Shown piece after piece: positions 24,601 to 38,680 of a stretch of DNA of 64,000 bases (its first letter is position 1; every line of letters begins with the position of its first letter). The DNA is taken from NCBI GenBank assembly GCA_903813345.2, contig CAIIXF020000001.1:23808001-23872000 (forward strand). Direction: 5' to 3'. This DNA is from Owenia fusiformis. Taxonomy: Eukaryota. The notes beneath the pieces were generated by a model. That model saw only the letters and a list, made by a program, of their open reading frames with translations. It was not told where the DNA came from and ran no database searches. The position numbers and the translations under genes were made by a program.

Positions 24601-27600
24601 TCCAGTCAAAATGTCCTCAAGAGAGTCCACTACGATTTAGATGTGACCCTCTGTCTCCATATAGGGGGCACTGAGTGATTGCAGTTCACTCATACAGTTC
24701 CCTTTGCTTTGGGCAATTTATTAGCAAATGTCATTTTCCCACCCACTGATATTTCTTCTGCACAATAAAGTTGAGCTGGTTTTTCTAAATATAAACATTG
24801 GTAGGATCAGCCAATGAACTGTGATAATACAAAAATATTATTCATTGACAGAAATGACACCTGTCACATGAAGATTAAATGATTGTACAACAATCATCTC
24901 AATTTGGCATGTACATTTATATGAATATATAGAAAGGAATTACGGTATTATGTTATTTATTTGACTGAAATATTTATCCAATGAGAATATAGACTCAGTG
25001 ATACAATTAAACAATTGGACATCTGCCAAGTTTGGTTTAAACATTCTGGAGATATTTTCTGAAACTGATGAAAAATGCCTATTTTCACAGGAAGTGATAC
25101 ATACCTCCAAAATCGACCAAAATATACATATATCAGGAATATTGAATGTTTTTTATTGCTGTTTCTTAAAAACATACATATTTATCAACAATTTGATCCT
25201 AGATATCAAGGATATTAACGACAATGCATTTTTCAAAAAATGTAAAGTGACCCCAGGGGTGTGTATAGCCATTAGTTCTTTTCTTAGATGCTTTTTTACA
25301 AAAATCTAGACCTCAGCATTAGTTTTTGCGCTATTATTGTTTTGGGTGTGATATTGTTCACTCTTATGTTTTACATCAAATATTACAGTAGATGTAGTCA
25401 GTCAGTGCATCAATATTCCTTGTTGAAACCATCTAAGTTCATATTTGTATAATTTGTATGTTTTAGGTTGTATCAACCTTTCTTGCAAATGATGGTGGCA
25501 ACTTCAGTATAAGACTCCAAACCCTGCAAGCAGTGTTGAATGCATACAAAGAGACCAGGCCATTTTTTGATTATGTATCAGCAGTAGACTCTCTCAGCAC
25601 ATACCTAGTCTTGTAAGTAAACTATCAAATTTAGAAAGACATACATTTTCTCCCGAGGAATGTAAATGAATGGTTTTATAGATGTTGTTAGATATTCAAA
25701 ATTTAGTCAAAGTGATATCATTTTTGAAATCTACATGTAAAGTAGCATCTAGAAATGTGATTTCAAAAATTGTTCATCAACTTTAGAATTTAATTAATAA
25801 AATCGCAAAAAGTGAAATATCTTTTCTTACTAACATCTAGATTGTTCAATTACAAATTATAATCATCGAGAGTAGATTACCCTGAAAATTGTAGTAGTTC
25901 ATGAATGGAGATTCCTCTTGATGTTCATAAAAATAATTAACCCAATATATGTTATGACGTTGCAGGGAATGTGCTGAGACAATGCTTGGTTTGCCATGGC
26001 ACAACATGCCTGATGAAACTCCAGAGAAAGCAGAGTTGATACATATGATCCACAGCATGGAGGACCTCAGTATTGCCTTTAGAGATTTACACAAGTTTGC
26101 AATTCTGAAGGACCTGATTGATGGGCCATGGTCAAATCTGACTTTGGTCATGTTGATGACTGATGATAAGAGACTGGTGATAGACCAAGGTATGGCGGAA
26201 TCAGTGATTTATGTTTTGTAATCTGAGCATAAATGTTATTTTACACTTTTCTGCAAAAATGTATGTTAACCTTTGTGTTGTTTATTTTTAACTTTAATGT
26301 GAAATATGCAGTTTTAGTACAAGGTTTAACTAAATTATTTATATATATTTTTTTATTTTATTATAAACGACTACACTGCATTTTTTGGTGATTTAACATC
26401 TCTCTAGATTCAGTTGAAAATTATGCTGTGCAAAATACCTTCATACATGTAGTTGGGAGACCAAGTGAACTCAGATTAATTGAAACAAATTCATCTAATT
26501 TTAAAGTTTATTGAATTATTGCTGAGATAATACATGAAATGCAACTTTAAGCAAGTGATTCCACTTGGAAACTATTCCTTAGCTATATTAGAAGTTCTCA
26601 TATTACCAGGTACGGATTACATCAAGGAGCACAATCCTGATGTGATGAAACTTCGCTTGAAGATCCTTGTAAGAGAACACTGTTCCAAATATGCCATCAA
26701 CCTGAGTGGCTGGTGCCTCAGGAACCAAATCTATGCACAAGACTACACTATACGAGAGATGCAACTGAAGCTACTCTATGAAGAGGACATTGAATTATTT
26801 CACTGTGAGGTAAATGGCTGCCTATGATGTAGAAATAAAAGTTTACATACAGTAAAACCTGTTTATATTGAACCTTTTTTGCTGAGAAAAAATTTATACA
26901 GAAGTCAGTATAGTGTGTGTGGAGGAAGGGTGTCCACTGGAGACATGTGTGTTCACAATATATATTTTTGTGTTTCACATTCTTGTAATTTCTTGATTAA
27001 TGAAAAAATAATCTTGACATTAAATTTTGATGTTATTTGAATAAAATGCTTTTTATTCTGAATGCAGAGCTGGAATGTCAGCTGCCACATGGGCTTGAAG
27101 ATTGTGCACAGTTTAATGAAGGATAAAGAAGATCCTGCAATGTGTCTGCACTTTGCACAGACATTCCTTGTCCAGGACTGGTTGCGACCAAAACTATACT
27201 GCTGTACAAAGGTATGCAGATGAAACAATAGTTTATGACTCATGCATAAAGCCTTTTTAACCTCTGGGTTCACTGTTCTACCACTACTCATGGTTATCGC
27301 TACCTTGTAACTTAAACTGATCCATTGTAATATTGCTATGTTGATATCCACCACAGTAATTCTTGCTTGGGTCATCATTCGCAACAGTTAGACCATATTA
27401 CTTATTTCTGCAGCTATTTTATTCCATTATTAAGACCATTACATATTTCAGGAGCTACTCCATGCATGGGTTCCACTTCAATACAAGCTGTCTGAGAATG
27501 AAGCAAAGTTTATGCAGGACATTTCAAAAGTAGTCGAAAAGTCAGTTAACACCATGCAGATCATGTATCTAGTTGATGTCATGTGCAAAGAGGTACCACC

Positions 27601-30600
27601 TTTTATCAATATTTCAAAAAATTACATTGAAAGTACATGTGATAAACAATGTACAGGACAATATAAAAGTGCAATGATAACACTCCTTTCACCTTTATGT
27701 TTCCTTGGAATGCACATTGATACATTGACACACAGATTTTATTTGCAAAATCTTGATTTTGATTAAAGCTCACTGAACTGACATGTTTTATGAAAAACCA
27801 ATCTTAATTTAGTAATTTTATGGTTTAAACAGTTTCAGTTCTTGTATGATAACAGAAAACAAGAATTCCAAAAATTAGTGAAAATCTACATTAAAACTTG
27901 ATATGTTGTTATAGGAATTAATGCAAAACTTACTTTAATATCTAATCTTGAATGTGTCATATTTGTTTTCTTTTCAGTTTGGTGACAAATTCCTTCAGTT
28001 CAATACAGAGTTGTGTCTCCTGGCACTGAAAATAGAGACTGGTCATGTTGAGAGGGCATATGCCACTAATGACTGTCATGGTCTAGATAATGCCGCAAAT
28101 GCTCTAACATTCACCTGTCACATCATGTCTTGTCTATACAGAGACAGCAACCTGAAGATGCGTCAAGTCTGCTCATTAACTGCCCTGTCTCTAGATCCCT
28201 CTGAGGATCTCTACTTCCTCGTTGAGGCTTTGTTTAATATCGTAGAAGACACTGATAATCTGGACCTGGCAAATAAACAGGTCGTCAATAACAGTATCAA
28301 TGCATTCAAGCAGTTCCTTAGCAAACATGAGGACAATGACCAACATGGAGATGTAAAGGAACAAAAGAATGCTGACAATAGTGACAAATCAAGTGATGTT
28401 TCAATTCACCAATCAGAGGAATCTGCCGATCATAAGGCAGATAATACTCCGAATGACAAATCAGATGACTTACATCGAGGTAAATCACCCAAAGACAACG
28501 AACATAGAAAAGAAAAGCATGCTCAAGCTATTCCAAATAGAACTGATATGAATAATAATAAAGGGAAGAAGAAAGGAAAAGGTGAAGAGGAGAATAACTC
28601 AAAAAAGGAGTTTTCTCGTAGTTTTGAATCAGTATTCAAGAAATTTGCAGGTGTAACAGATACAAAAGTTCCCGAAGAAAAGAAAACTGACCCTGAACCC
28701 AAATCATCAGTTCAACCTGAATCCTCTGTACCTAAAAATGGGCAAGTAGGTGGAGGATTCATGAAAAACTTCCATGAGTTCATTCGCCAAAACACTGCAA
28801 GAAAGCAGTCATGCTGGCTGAGCAAAACTAAAGAAAGTGATTTGTCTAAGTCATACTTAAAGACACCATCAAGCATGGGGGCAACTCCACCTGAATCTGA
28901 TGAGGATATACAAGGGGAATACCATATTGTAGTGAAGGGTATTAATCCAGAGACCATAAGTGAAATACTTCGTATTTTAGCAAGCATTCGAGCAAAAACT
29001 CTAGATCCAAGTCTACCATGGGAAAAGCTCAAGCATCGTATTCTACGACATCTTTGGGTGAATGGATACCACTTTGATGTGCACAAGAATGATTTTTTCT
29101 CTGGTACATCTGCAGTAGTTCAGGTTAAACCTATAAGTCAGAGTGTACTTGACAGCATTACTGAGACTGAATTGCAGAGTGAATCAAACAGCCCTGTAAA
29201 GAGCAGTAGTCCAATTAGGGTCAGTAGTCCAGAAAAGGGAAACTATTCTTCAAGGAACAATAGTCCTATAAAGCTAAACAGTCCTATGAAAGGCAACAGT
29301 CCCATAAAGTTCAATAAATTACAGAATCATTCAGTTCAACAATCCAAAGAAAGTTCTAGTCCAGGTCGTAGACCAAAATTCAAGGGTATTAAACAAAAGA
29401 CTTCACAGAGTGAAATTGAAAGTATTACTGAAAAATCTCAACATCAAGACAATGTAGACAAAAGGCCATCGATTATCCATGACAGTCCGGTGCGGAATTG
29501 TTTTGATGCCCTCAAAAACATAGATTTTACATCAGCATATGAGCATCACTTAACAGAAAGCCATCCTAATGCAAACATCCTAAATGACAAAGACTCTTCC
29601 AGAGACGGACAACCCCCATCGCCTTCCCAAAGTCCACCCCTCTTATCACCCTTTGACAATTCCACAGAAGGGGACCATAGTTATAGTATAAGACAAAAAT
29701 CCAATGGTTCTACTGAATCTCAGTCCTTCAAGAACACAATGAACGATAGTGTAAAAAGGATTAAAATTTCACCTAGGAGACAAACATGTCCCGTTTTCTG
29801 TAATGACGATGATGAAGTGGCTCTGTCTAAGATACAAACTGCGATAAGAATCAACAAGATGGAAGCGAAACTCATCACCAAGCATGCCATCGAGAACAAG
29901 GTGAGACTTCTTTTACTTTCTGAAACTTCTAATCCTCTCTCTGTAGCTAGAAATTTCAGGGATGGTGATAGAGATCGGCTTGTTGCTGATGTTGCTGCCG
30001 TAGTAGCTGGAATGAATAGTATGTCCATAAAGACCAAGATGTATGGTCTAGATGTTCCACAAAGCAATGAGAAATTAATGTCTACATTTAAGCTGTCATT
30101 GAGTGAGATCATAGAAAGGTTACCATACCATGTAAGTCAATCCCATCGTCAGCATGAATTTGAGAACCCCAAAAAGAGGGACAGTTCCCCAATGCATGTT
30201 TCTGGAATTGATAATATTGAAAGACCCCCTCCTCTCCCTATGTCATACACTTCATACTCCAATTTCATTCCCTTGCTTGATGAAATGTTGACTAGTCTAG
30301 AGAACGATATGGCTTTAGAGAAGAAGAAATTAATGGAAAGACTTGGGAAAGCGTTTCAAGATATGTGTGATAAGTCTGTTGCAAGGGAGAACGTTACTTC
30401 GAGTGTGGAAATCGAACAGAGTGAACCTCCATCTGATGAGATTACAGACTTTACTGATCTTGGTGGCAGCAAGAATCAAACACTTACAAAAAATTTAAAT
30501 CGTTCAAATATTGATGAACTATGTAATCAATATCACCATGATTGTGATCCAGATACTATTGGAGAGCCTGTAAAGATGGATGCTGCTACTCCAGTCGAAG

Positions 30601-33600
30601 AAAAAGAAAGCAGAAACCTCATAAAGGGAAAAGTATATGTTGACACACAAATTAATGAGCCTCTAAAGATGGATGCTGTTACACCAGTCAAAGAAAAAGT
30701 AAGCAGAAAGCCCACGAAAATAAAAATAAATGCTGAATCGCAAAATAAGGAGCCTCTAAAGATGAATGATGTTACACCAGTCAAAGAAAAAGAAAGCAGA
30801 AAACCCATAAAAAGAAAAAGAAATGCTGAATTGCAAAATAAGAAGCCTCTAAAAATGAATGATGTTACACCACCAGTCAAAGAAAGAGAAAGCAGAAAAC
30901 CCAAAAAAGGGAAAATATATGCTGATACACAAATTAATGAGCCTCTAAAGACGGACGCTGTTACACCAGTCAAAGAAAGGGAATGCAGAAAATCCACAAA
31001 GGGGAAAAGTTATGTTGATAATAATGAGCCTCTAAAGATGGGTGGTCTTACACCAGTAAAGGTGAAAGTAAGTAGAAAACCTACACAAGGGAAAACATCT
31101 TACAGAAGTCAGAGGTGGGCTAACCGAACTAGGTACCTACAAGACAATAGACAAAGTACAACTATTTCAACAGAAATGCTCAGTTATTTGAGGAAAGGTA
31201 GATGTATCTCCTCAAAAACTATTTCTTGTTATCATTGTCATGTATCCTTTAAAGCAGGACATTTGAAGCGACATTTATTCCAATATTGTAAGGGTATCTC
31301 AAATGATCAAAAATTGAAATACAAGCTCATGAAGACTGGACAAGTGATTGTGTCTGAAGAAATGCTAGAAATAGTGCAAGGTAATTCTTATTCAAAGGTA
31401 CTGACTCAATGTCTCCATTGTGATTGTATGTTACAAGTACGTCGTATCAAGCAACATATCTACAAATACTGTAAAAATATCACAGATAACCTGAGAATGG
31501 AATATAAGAAATTGTGGACAAGATCTCTTGATAAGAAGGACAAGACTAAGAAAAGAGAATCGTCAGATAGAACTATAAAGAACAAAGTTGTAACTGATGC
31601 AAGGGATATCATATCTGTTGATGAAATTGATGAGGAAGGTAGCAAAGAAGCAGGTCAAATTTATGATGGGAAAACAGCTGCTGATCTTGACACCAGTGAA
31701 GAGATACATGTCAGTGAAAATAATGAACAGATCATAAGTGACCTACCTGATACCAATGCAATACATTGTACTGATGTTCAGGAGAAAGATGCTGATATGA
31801 TTGACATTGAGTCAACTACAGAATTTTCTGTTACCTCTGTTGCCCCAAAAAGAATCAAAAGGAGTACCGTTACACAAACCTTGCCATTGAGCACTACTGT
31901 TCACTCAAATGAACATAGGTCCGAAAAATGTGAAAAAGTCTCTGATAAGGAGCACAATGTCTGTAAAAGGTATAATACACAGAAAAGAGGAAGACGATTT
32001 ACACACAGAGTACCTACTAAAAGGGTAGCTGCTAAATATAGCCTAGGAAATATATTAGGAAACCCTGAAAAGACAGATGGAAATAAAAACATAGTTAAAA
32101 GTGTAGAAACATCGCTTACAACCGTTAGTGAAGAAACTAAAACCTCAGATGATGCTTACAACCAATTAGATGGCAGGCAAGAGATGGTAGGAAAACAGAC
32201 ACTCCAAATACCAGTTAAATTCCTTGAACCAGGAAACCTTGATAAGAAGGAAGATGAAAATTGCAACAGAATTGAAAGTGAAGAAACATCTTCTCTTTCA
32301 ACATTAGCACAAGTATGTGAAGAAACCGAAACTAGACCTGGTGCTGACAATCAATCAGATAGTGAGAAAAAAATAGTGGGGGAAGAAATTTTTCAAACCT
32401 CGAGTAAAGCAATTGAAGTACAGCCTAATTTGAATCAAAGAAGTGGTAATACTGATGAAGAGAGAACACACACACTACTTGTAATTCCACCTGGCCAAAA
32501 AAGGGAAAAACTTACAGAAGATGATGTGAGCACATTTGATACTAAAGATGATGCACCTGTGCCAAAGGTGGACCGACATGAAGTACATCTGTTAAATGAA
32601 GATAAAATGGCTGTAATTGAGGGGACTGTTAACTCTGTCAATTCTGCTGAAGAAAACGTAAACAAAAGTAAACAGGACCTATCTGATGATGACAGCATGA
32701 AAATTGATGAAATTAAAGTTCATGGTGCCCAATCTACTAAAAATGAACCAAGCTCTCTTGATGATCAACAGCAGGATGATAGTGTCATATATGTGGACAC
32801 AGTCAAGAGAAAGGCACAAGACCAAAACTTATTGAATGAAAGGATGCATACAAAGAGGCCAAGAAGGCTATTGGCTAAGGCTATTGATAGAAACAGAAAT
32901 GCAAAAACAATAAACAGAAAAGGAACATCACTTAGTGCTGATTATCCATCCAAATGTGCATATGTACTCAGGCCAAGGGGTAAGGATGATAAAAAAGCCC
33001 AAATCAAAGATTTAAAGCATCAAGGATCTAAAAGTGTTCAACCCATCTCTAAACCCTTATCATCCTCGTCACCATCACAAAGCCTATCTGCAATACAACA
33101 AACATATGACCAAAGCACATCAAGGCTAGGGAGTTCTGCTGAGCATAATCAGCTTGTAACCAACCAGCAACAGATAAGTGCACAACATACTCACCAAATA
33201 AATGTACAACAGCAAATCGGACACCAAATGAATGCACAGCCAGGACTAGTTCAACTCCCTATTACGAACCCTGTAATAAACAATGTTGATATGAATCCTT
33301 ACAAGTTGTATAGCAGAATTCAGCCGAACATGATGATACCCCAACCCTTGTATGGGGGAGCAACAAATGTTCAGCCATCTCTAATAAAGGTACCTAAGAA
33401 TACCAAAGTTATAGTTCTGCCCTATGGTAGTAGGATCAGTCCAGCTCACACAACCTCACATGCTACCACATCTATGCCAGGTGTTGTCATGCATATTCCT
33501 ATACTTGATGCAAATACATTTATTCAGCCGCCTCTCCAACAAAAACTTCCAGCTTCTTCAGCAACATCAATGAACATGAGTGAGAATGGATTTCAAAACC

Positions 33601-36600
33601 AAAATGATATTAAGTATCCTACTGTGCCTTGTACTGGTGATTGGTCAAATAGTTCAGCTGTTACTTCTTCTGTCTTAGGACAACCAACTGAGCTTGCTCA
33701 ATCCCTTTCTATACCTTGGACTGGGAATGGACTGAATAGTTCAGCTGTTACATCTTCTGCCTTAGGACAACCAACTCAGCTAACACAATCCTTTTCTATA
33801 CCTTGGGCTGGAGATGGACTGAATAGTATAGCTGTTACATCTTCTGCCTTGGGACAACCAACTCAGCTCACACAATCCCTTTCTATACCTTGGACTGGGA
33901 ATAGACTGAATAGTTCAGCTGTTACATCTTCTGCCTTAGGACAACCAACTCAGCTCACACAATCCCTTTCTATACCTTGGACTGGGAATGGACTGAATAG
34001 TTCAGCTGTTACATCTTCTGCCTTGGGACAACCAACTCAGCTCACACAATCCCTTTCTATACCTTGGGCTGGAGATGGACTGAAGAGTTCATCTTCTCAC
34101 TTAGAGCAACTAGTTCAACAGACACAGTCCCATCCTATATCTTGGACTGGGGCTGAACGGAATAACATGAACTTTAAAGAATCCTTCTCCTCAGGAATGC
34201 CGATGCATCAAGCACAGTTCACTGCCATGGCTTGGACTAAAAACGAACAGAACAATTTGAAATCTCCTATGCTAGGGCAACCTGTTCAAACAAAACAGCC
34301 CCCATCTGTGCCTTGGACTGGAAGTTTGATTGACCACCATAAAATATTCGACAACATTTCCATTGCTCAAACATGTCAGAGGACCACAAGTCCAATATAT
34401 CCTAGCCCCAGCATAAAAGTTACTCCTAAGTCAGCACACTTAAGTACTCTCCTTCCAATGAATGTAATGTCACAGCATTTAGGATTGATGCTGAATAAAG
34501 GTTCAGCTCTCAGTTCGACTGCACCTGTGTTTACACAAGAGCATGCAAAGAGAGGTATGTGGTCACCTGCAGCATTAGATAAAGACTCTTCTATGATAGC
34601 ACCAGTGCAGACAAAATCAAACTATGTACATTCCTTGTCTGAATATATTGATGAGGATGTTGATTTGAATCACATCGAGAGAGAAGTGTCACAAATGAAA
34701 TCAACTGCAAATGTTATGAAGAATCATACATATACTGAATATACATCATCCCCAGTGGCTGTAGAGAGAGGACAGCCATTACTAAGTCCAATTGACCCAA
34801 TGATACCCAGGACGTTGCCAGACTCTCCTCTAAGTGATGTAGATTTGAACAGTCCAAATGTTCAGTACAATCTGCAACCATCAGCCCATCCATCTTTAGC
34901 TGAATCTATTTTAGAGTCTCCCTTGTCTGATTTAGGCCTCACTATTAAACTTTCTAATATATTCCAAAGAGGAAAGGCAGACTGTACACCTGTGATGGAT
35001 GACAACTTAAACAAACCAGACGATGATGTATATAACATTATAGATTTAGACACAAGTATGACAATCAGTCCATGTCATGGTCAACGCCAAGATAACCCAA
35101 TCATAAAGCCCAACAATGAACCAGATGAAGGATTTAAAGTGGATGGACCCCTCCAAGTAAAAATGATATCATCTTGCATGTTTACAAAGTTTATTGTTTA
35201 AGTTTAATCATTTAGAGTTATCTGTTTACTGCACCTGTTTCTCGTTGAGGCAACAAAGTAATTTTCAGCATTACTTTACAAACAGGGATACAAGTGGATA
35301 TTTCTGCCAACGGAATGTGGAGTTCCATCAACACACACTTTTGTTTATCTTTTTGATCTTTGATAGTTGTTTACTGTGTAGCATTAACATTGAATTACAT
35401 TATATAAAAAAAACTAAAAAAAACTAAAAAAAAGAAAATTCAACGTTAATAATAGCACATTTACATGTACATAAAACCTATTGCAGTATTTCCATTGTTC
35501 TTCTCATATTTTATAATTTATTCATGATAATATATAGAGCTTAGCCACATGAAAATCAACATTAACTTAACTCTGAATTGAGTTAAATTGATCCTCATTT
35601 CTTTGAACATTCAAATTGTTGCACAAATTATAGCAGTATATTATATTATTTTCTGGTTACATGTAATACACATGTACAGTCATTGATTTTCTTCCTGTGG
35701 GTTCGCTTATTTATATACTAACATATTTAGTCTTATTAATTCTATAATATAAATGGCATGTTATGTGTTATAATCTATAACATATATACATGTATGTAGT
35801 ACGATATAACATAAGTAAAATATAAATCCTAATGTTCATTGCATTTAACAAATTAAAAAATTTCATAAGAAATACCTTTATCATAATTCAAAACCACTAC
35901 TGTACATGCCTTCCCACTTCCATTGCATTTAGTAGAAATTAAAGTCAGTTCAAGTTGCTCAAATTTAGAAATTCATATTGATGATTATTATTTGTATTGT
36001 ATGTGTATTTATGTAAAGTTAATGTTTGTTTCAGTCATCCACAGGGTCTTCTACCAGTCAGTCAGATGATGACAACTTGGAGTGGAATGCCCAGGTCACC
36101 ACAGTTGCACCTCTTAAACCTCCCTCAGCAAACAAGGGAGAGTCAGACTCATCTTTGGAGCTAGATGACCTTCAGGTGAGAAGACTTTGTTGTTATGTTA
36201 CTTTCAAGATTACTTTTTATATCAACTATCCAATGAACAAGGGTTCAACTCATCTAGTCAGGTTGGTAGTAGACTAGATGCAAGTCCAAATAATCCTGAT
36301 TTAAATCATTAAATGGTCAACAATTAGTCAAAGTAATATCATATTTGAAATCTACATATAAGGCTTCATCTAGAAATATGGTTTCAAAAATATTTATTTT
36401 CTTAGAAAATATGAATTCAAGGTCAGATTTATTCTTAGAGCCCATGTTATGAAATCATGAAAAGTGCTGTTTTATGTCACCACAAGAAGTCATTGGTCTT
36501 TTTTCAACTTGCTTCAAATTTTTTTCAAAATTATCTACAAGTTCTCAAAAAATCTGACTATACATTTGACCTTCAATGGCATTCCCAATGTCAAAAAAGA

Positions 36601-38063
36601 TTTGACCTTCAATGACCTTCTCAAGCTCAAAAAGGTCTTTTTTTTCAACTTGCTTCAAATTGACCAATTTTTTCAAGATCATCTACAAGGTCTCAGAAGT
36701 TTTAATCTGACTTCAGATTTGAGATTTTACCTTCAAATTCAAAACTTCAAACTGACCATTTTTTTAAAATCATTGATACAGAGTTCTCAGAAATTCAAAT
36801 CAGATGCAGACTTAACATGTAGACTAATAGCACTGTGAGCAACTAGGTGGTGACATTTTGTCATGTTAATGCCTTGTCTTTTCTTGTATTAGACAGATTC
36901 TCTTTTACTGGACCTATTTTCAATAATACAATTATCAAAGTCAAAATGGTTCTTTGAAAATCGAACCACTCAAACTCAATCTACAGCCTAAATTTTAGGG
37001 GTACCCTTTCCGTCATTATCCACCTGGTGGTGAAATTGGTAATAATTTCAGTGATTTGTGAATTTGCATGTACATGTAAATGTATTACAGAGTGTTCAGA
37101 AAGTATTGGTAATTTTGCTATAACTTTTGTTTTCTTGCTTTCTTTCTTCATGATATTTTCACAACAAAATAACTAAAATACCAGATTGTGTGGATGAATA
37201 TGTTTTACAATACTGTATAACATGAAATACTGCCGTGGATATAAAGTTGCCGATTGCCGAATGTAAAACAGAAACGGCAACATAAAATTCGGAAATATAA
37301 TTAAGTAATTGAAGATCGATCTTAGTGGGCGATAATATGGTGTCTAACATGCGTCAACTTACTGTAATAGGGTAATTTTCTAACGAGTATCAACTTACTA
37401 TACTTTAACAAAAATCATAAATAAAATACGATAAAATCTAAGCTTTATTCCCCAGCACTACAATTACAAAGAAAGTTAATAATAAAAATGTTGCAGTTAA
37501 AATGCATGCAGTAAATTCTACAAAATATTAAAAGGATTGTCATGTTAAAAAGTTAAAATGTCAGAAGATATAATCGTATCCAAGTGCTTTGGAAATCCCA
37601 GTATTAAAAGTTTTTAATCCCGATATTAAAAGTTTTTAATCCTGGTATTATTGTCCTGAGTCTATCAAATGCGGGTATTATGTGAATAAATCACTCAAAT
37701 TGTCACTCATAATGTCAGGATGTCAGGTTTTCGGAGTCAGTCAAATGAAGGTGATTAAAATTCAGTTGTAAATCAAAATTATATTAGGGGTGTCAGCTTA
37801 GCAATGTTTTATTTGGCTTTACATTTAGGGGTGTCAGGTCGGCAAACTTTTATTCGGCAATAGCAATTTTAATCCAATTCGGAAAATAAAGCACCCGGAT
37901 TTAATACATGTTATACAGTATCTGTTTTTTATTTCAGGAGCAACCTGTCAAAAGAAATCACAACTCTAACTATAAACTTAGAGAGAACAAGAAAAAACGA
38001 AGTTATGCTGAGATTGATAGGGCAGATCTTGTTGACTTAGACATCCATGTTGAGTCAAATTGA
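18616..38063 (+). CDS. ZNF654/ZNF292/RLF-family protein (conserved helical N-terminal region plus very long low-complexity C-terminus), about 2801 aa
   Basis: Exons 18616-18720, 25467-25612, 25966-26189, 26610-26809, 27068-27211, 27452-27592, 27978-35156, 36035-36175, 37938-38063, all GT-AG and in phase. N-terminal motifs YFCREFE, DGPWSNLTL, MKLRLKIL, AQTFLVQ...LYCCTKELLHAW, LQFNTELCLLAL, MRQVCSLTALSLDPSEDLYFLVEALF follow the order I recall for the ZNF654/ZNF292/RLF N-terminal domain. The gene model is firmer than the family name. Confidence 0.75.
19051..19159. repeat. Small palindromic element (18-bp perfect arms plus inner imperfect arms)
   Basis: CTGCAATTGCCTGGCAAG (19051-19068) and CTTGCCAGGCAATTGCAG (19142-19159); inner TGATTGGTCACTG / CAGTGACAATCA. 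Confidence 0.75.
22304..22941. mobile_element. Non-autonomous element with nested hairpins and asymmetric inverted repeats (family unassigned)
   Basis: Near-perfect hairpin 22309-22404; ATTATATACCC (22408-22418) / GGGTATATAAT (22928-22938); inner TGACGTCAGCGGG / CCCGCTGACGTCA near 22788-22833. Confidence 0.65.
27978..35156 (+). CDS. Giant 7179-nt internal coding exon of the ZNF654-like gene
   Basis: Uninterrupted 2393-codon frame, acceptor ttttcttttcag|TTT, donor CAA|gtaaaa. The next exon at 36035 is phase 0. Confidence 0.88.
30564..31098 (+). repeat. Coding tandem repeat, 6 units of about 93 bp (31 aa, EPLKMDAVTPVKEKESRKPxKGKxYxDTQIN)
   Basis: Unit starts at 30564, 30657, 30750, 30843, 30939, 31026. 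Confidence 0.9.
33625..34090 (+). repeat. Coding tandem repeat, 5 near-identical 87-bp units (29 aa, SSAVTSSALGQPTQLTQSLSIPWTGNGLN)
   Basis: Unit starts at 33651, 33738, 33825, 33912, 33999. Degenerate PWT/SWT units continue to about 34320. Confidence 0.92.
36470..36877 (+). mobile_element. Helentron-associated-like (HINE/DINE-type) repeat, copy 1, with internal TGACCTTCAATGACCTT units
   Basis: Starts T-run-ATGTCACCAC, ends GGTGGTGACATTTTGTCATGTTAATGCCTTGT. Subterminal IR ATGTCACCA/TGGTGACAT. Same family as 46044-46627. Family label inferred from structure. Confidence 0.65.
37213..37918. mobile_element. TA-flanked MITE (Tc1/mariner-type) in the last intron of the ZNF654-like gene
   Basis: TA|CTGTATAACATG ... 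CATGTTATACAG|TA. Confidence 0.75.
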
Positions 38064-38225
38064 GTATATTAAGACAACATGTGATATGGTTTGATCTACT
38101 ACAATGTAGGAGGTCATAAGGCTGCAATATAAGTGTCCATGTATGGTTTAGATGTACAAGACATAAAGTAAAGATGCATTGAAGATAAAGAAGCGTTGAA
38201 CAGCTGATGCATAACTTGTGCATAC

Positions 38226-38680
38226 TAATATTGGAGCCATAACTTGGTGCATGTACATGATAATGTTGGAGCCATACCTTGGTGTATGTACATGTTAATA
38301 TTGGAGCCATAATTTGGTGCATGTACATGATAATGTTGCAGCCATAACTTGGTGAATGTACATGATAATGTTGCAGCCATAACTTGGTGTATGTACATGT
38401 TAATGTTGGAGCCATAACTTGGTGAATGTACATGATAATGTTGCAGCCATAACTTGGTGTATGTACATGTTAATGTTGGAGCCATAACTTGGGGTATGTA
38501 CATGTTAATGTTGGAGCCATAACTTGGTGTATGTACATGTTAATGTTGGAGCCATAACTTGGTGTATGAACATGATAATGTTGGAGCCATAACTTGGTGT
38601 ATGTACATGTTAATGTTTGAGCCATAACTTGGTGCATATACATGTTAATGTTGGAGCCATAACTTGGTGAATACATCACT
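38226..38680. repeat. 35-bp minisatellite, 13 copies, just downstream of the ZNF654-like stop codon
   Basis: Unit TAATGTTGGAGCCATAACTTGGTGTATGTACATGT recurs every 35 bp from 38226 to 38646. Confidence 0.95.

Noticed and set aside
28712-35053. Several minus-strand ORFs (28712-29086, 29720-30112, 30533-30997 and others)
   Set aside because: Antisense shadows of the giant coding exon and its repeats.
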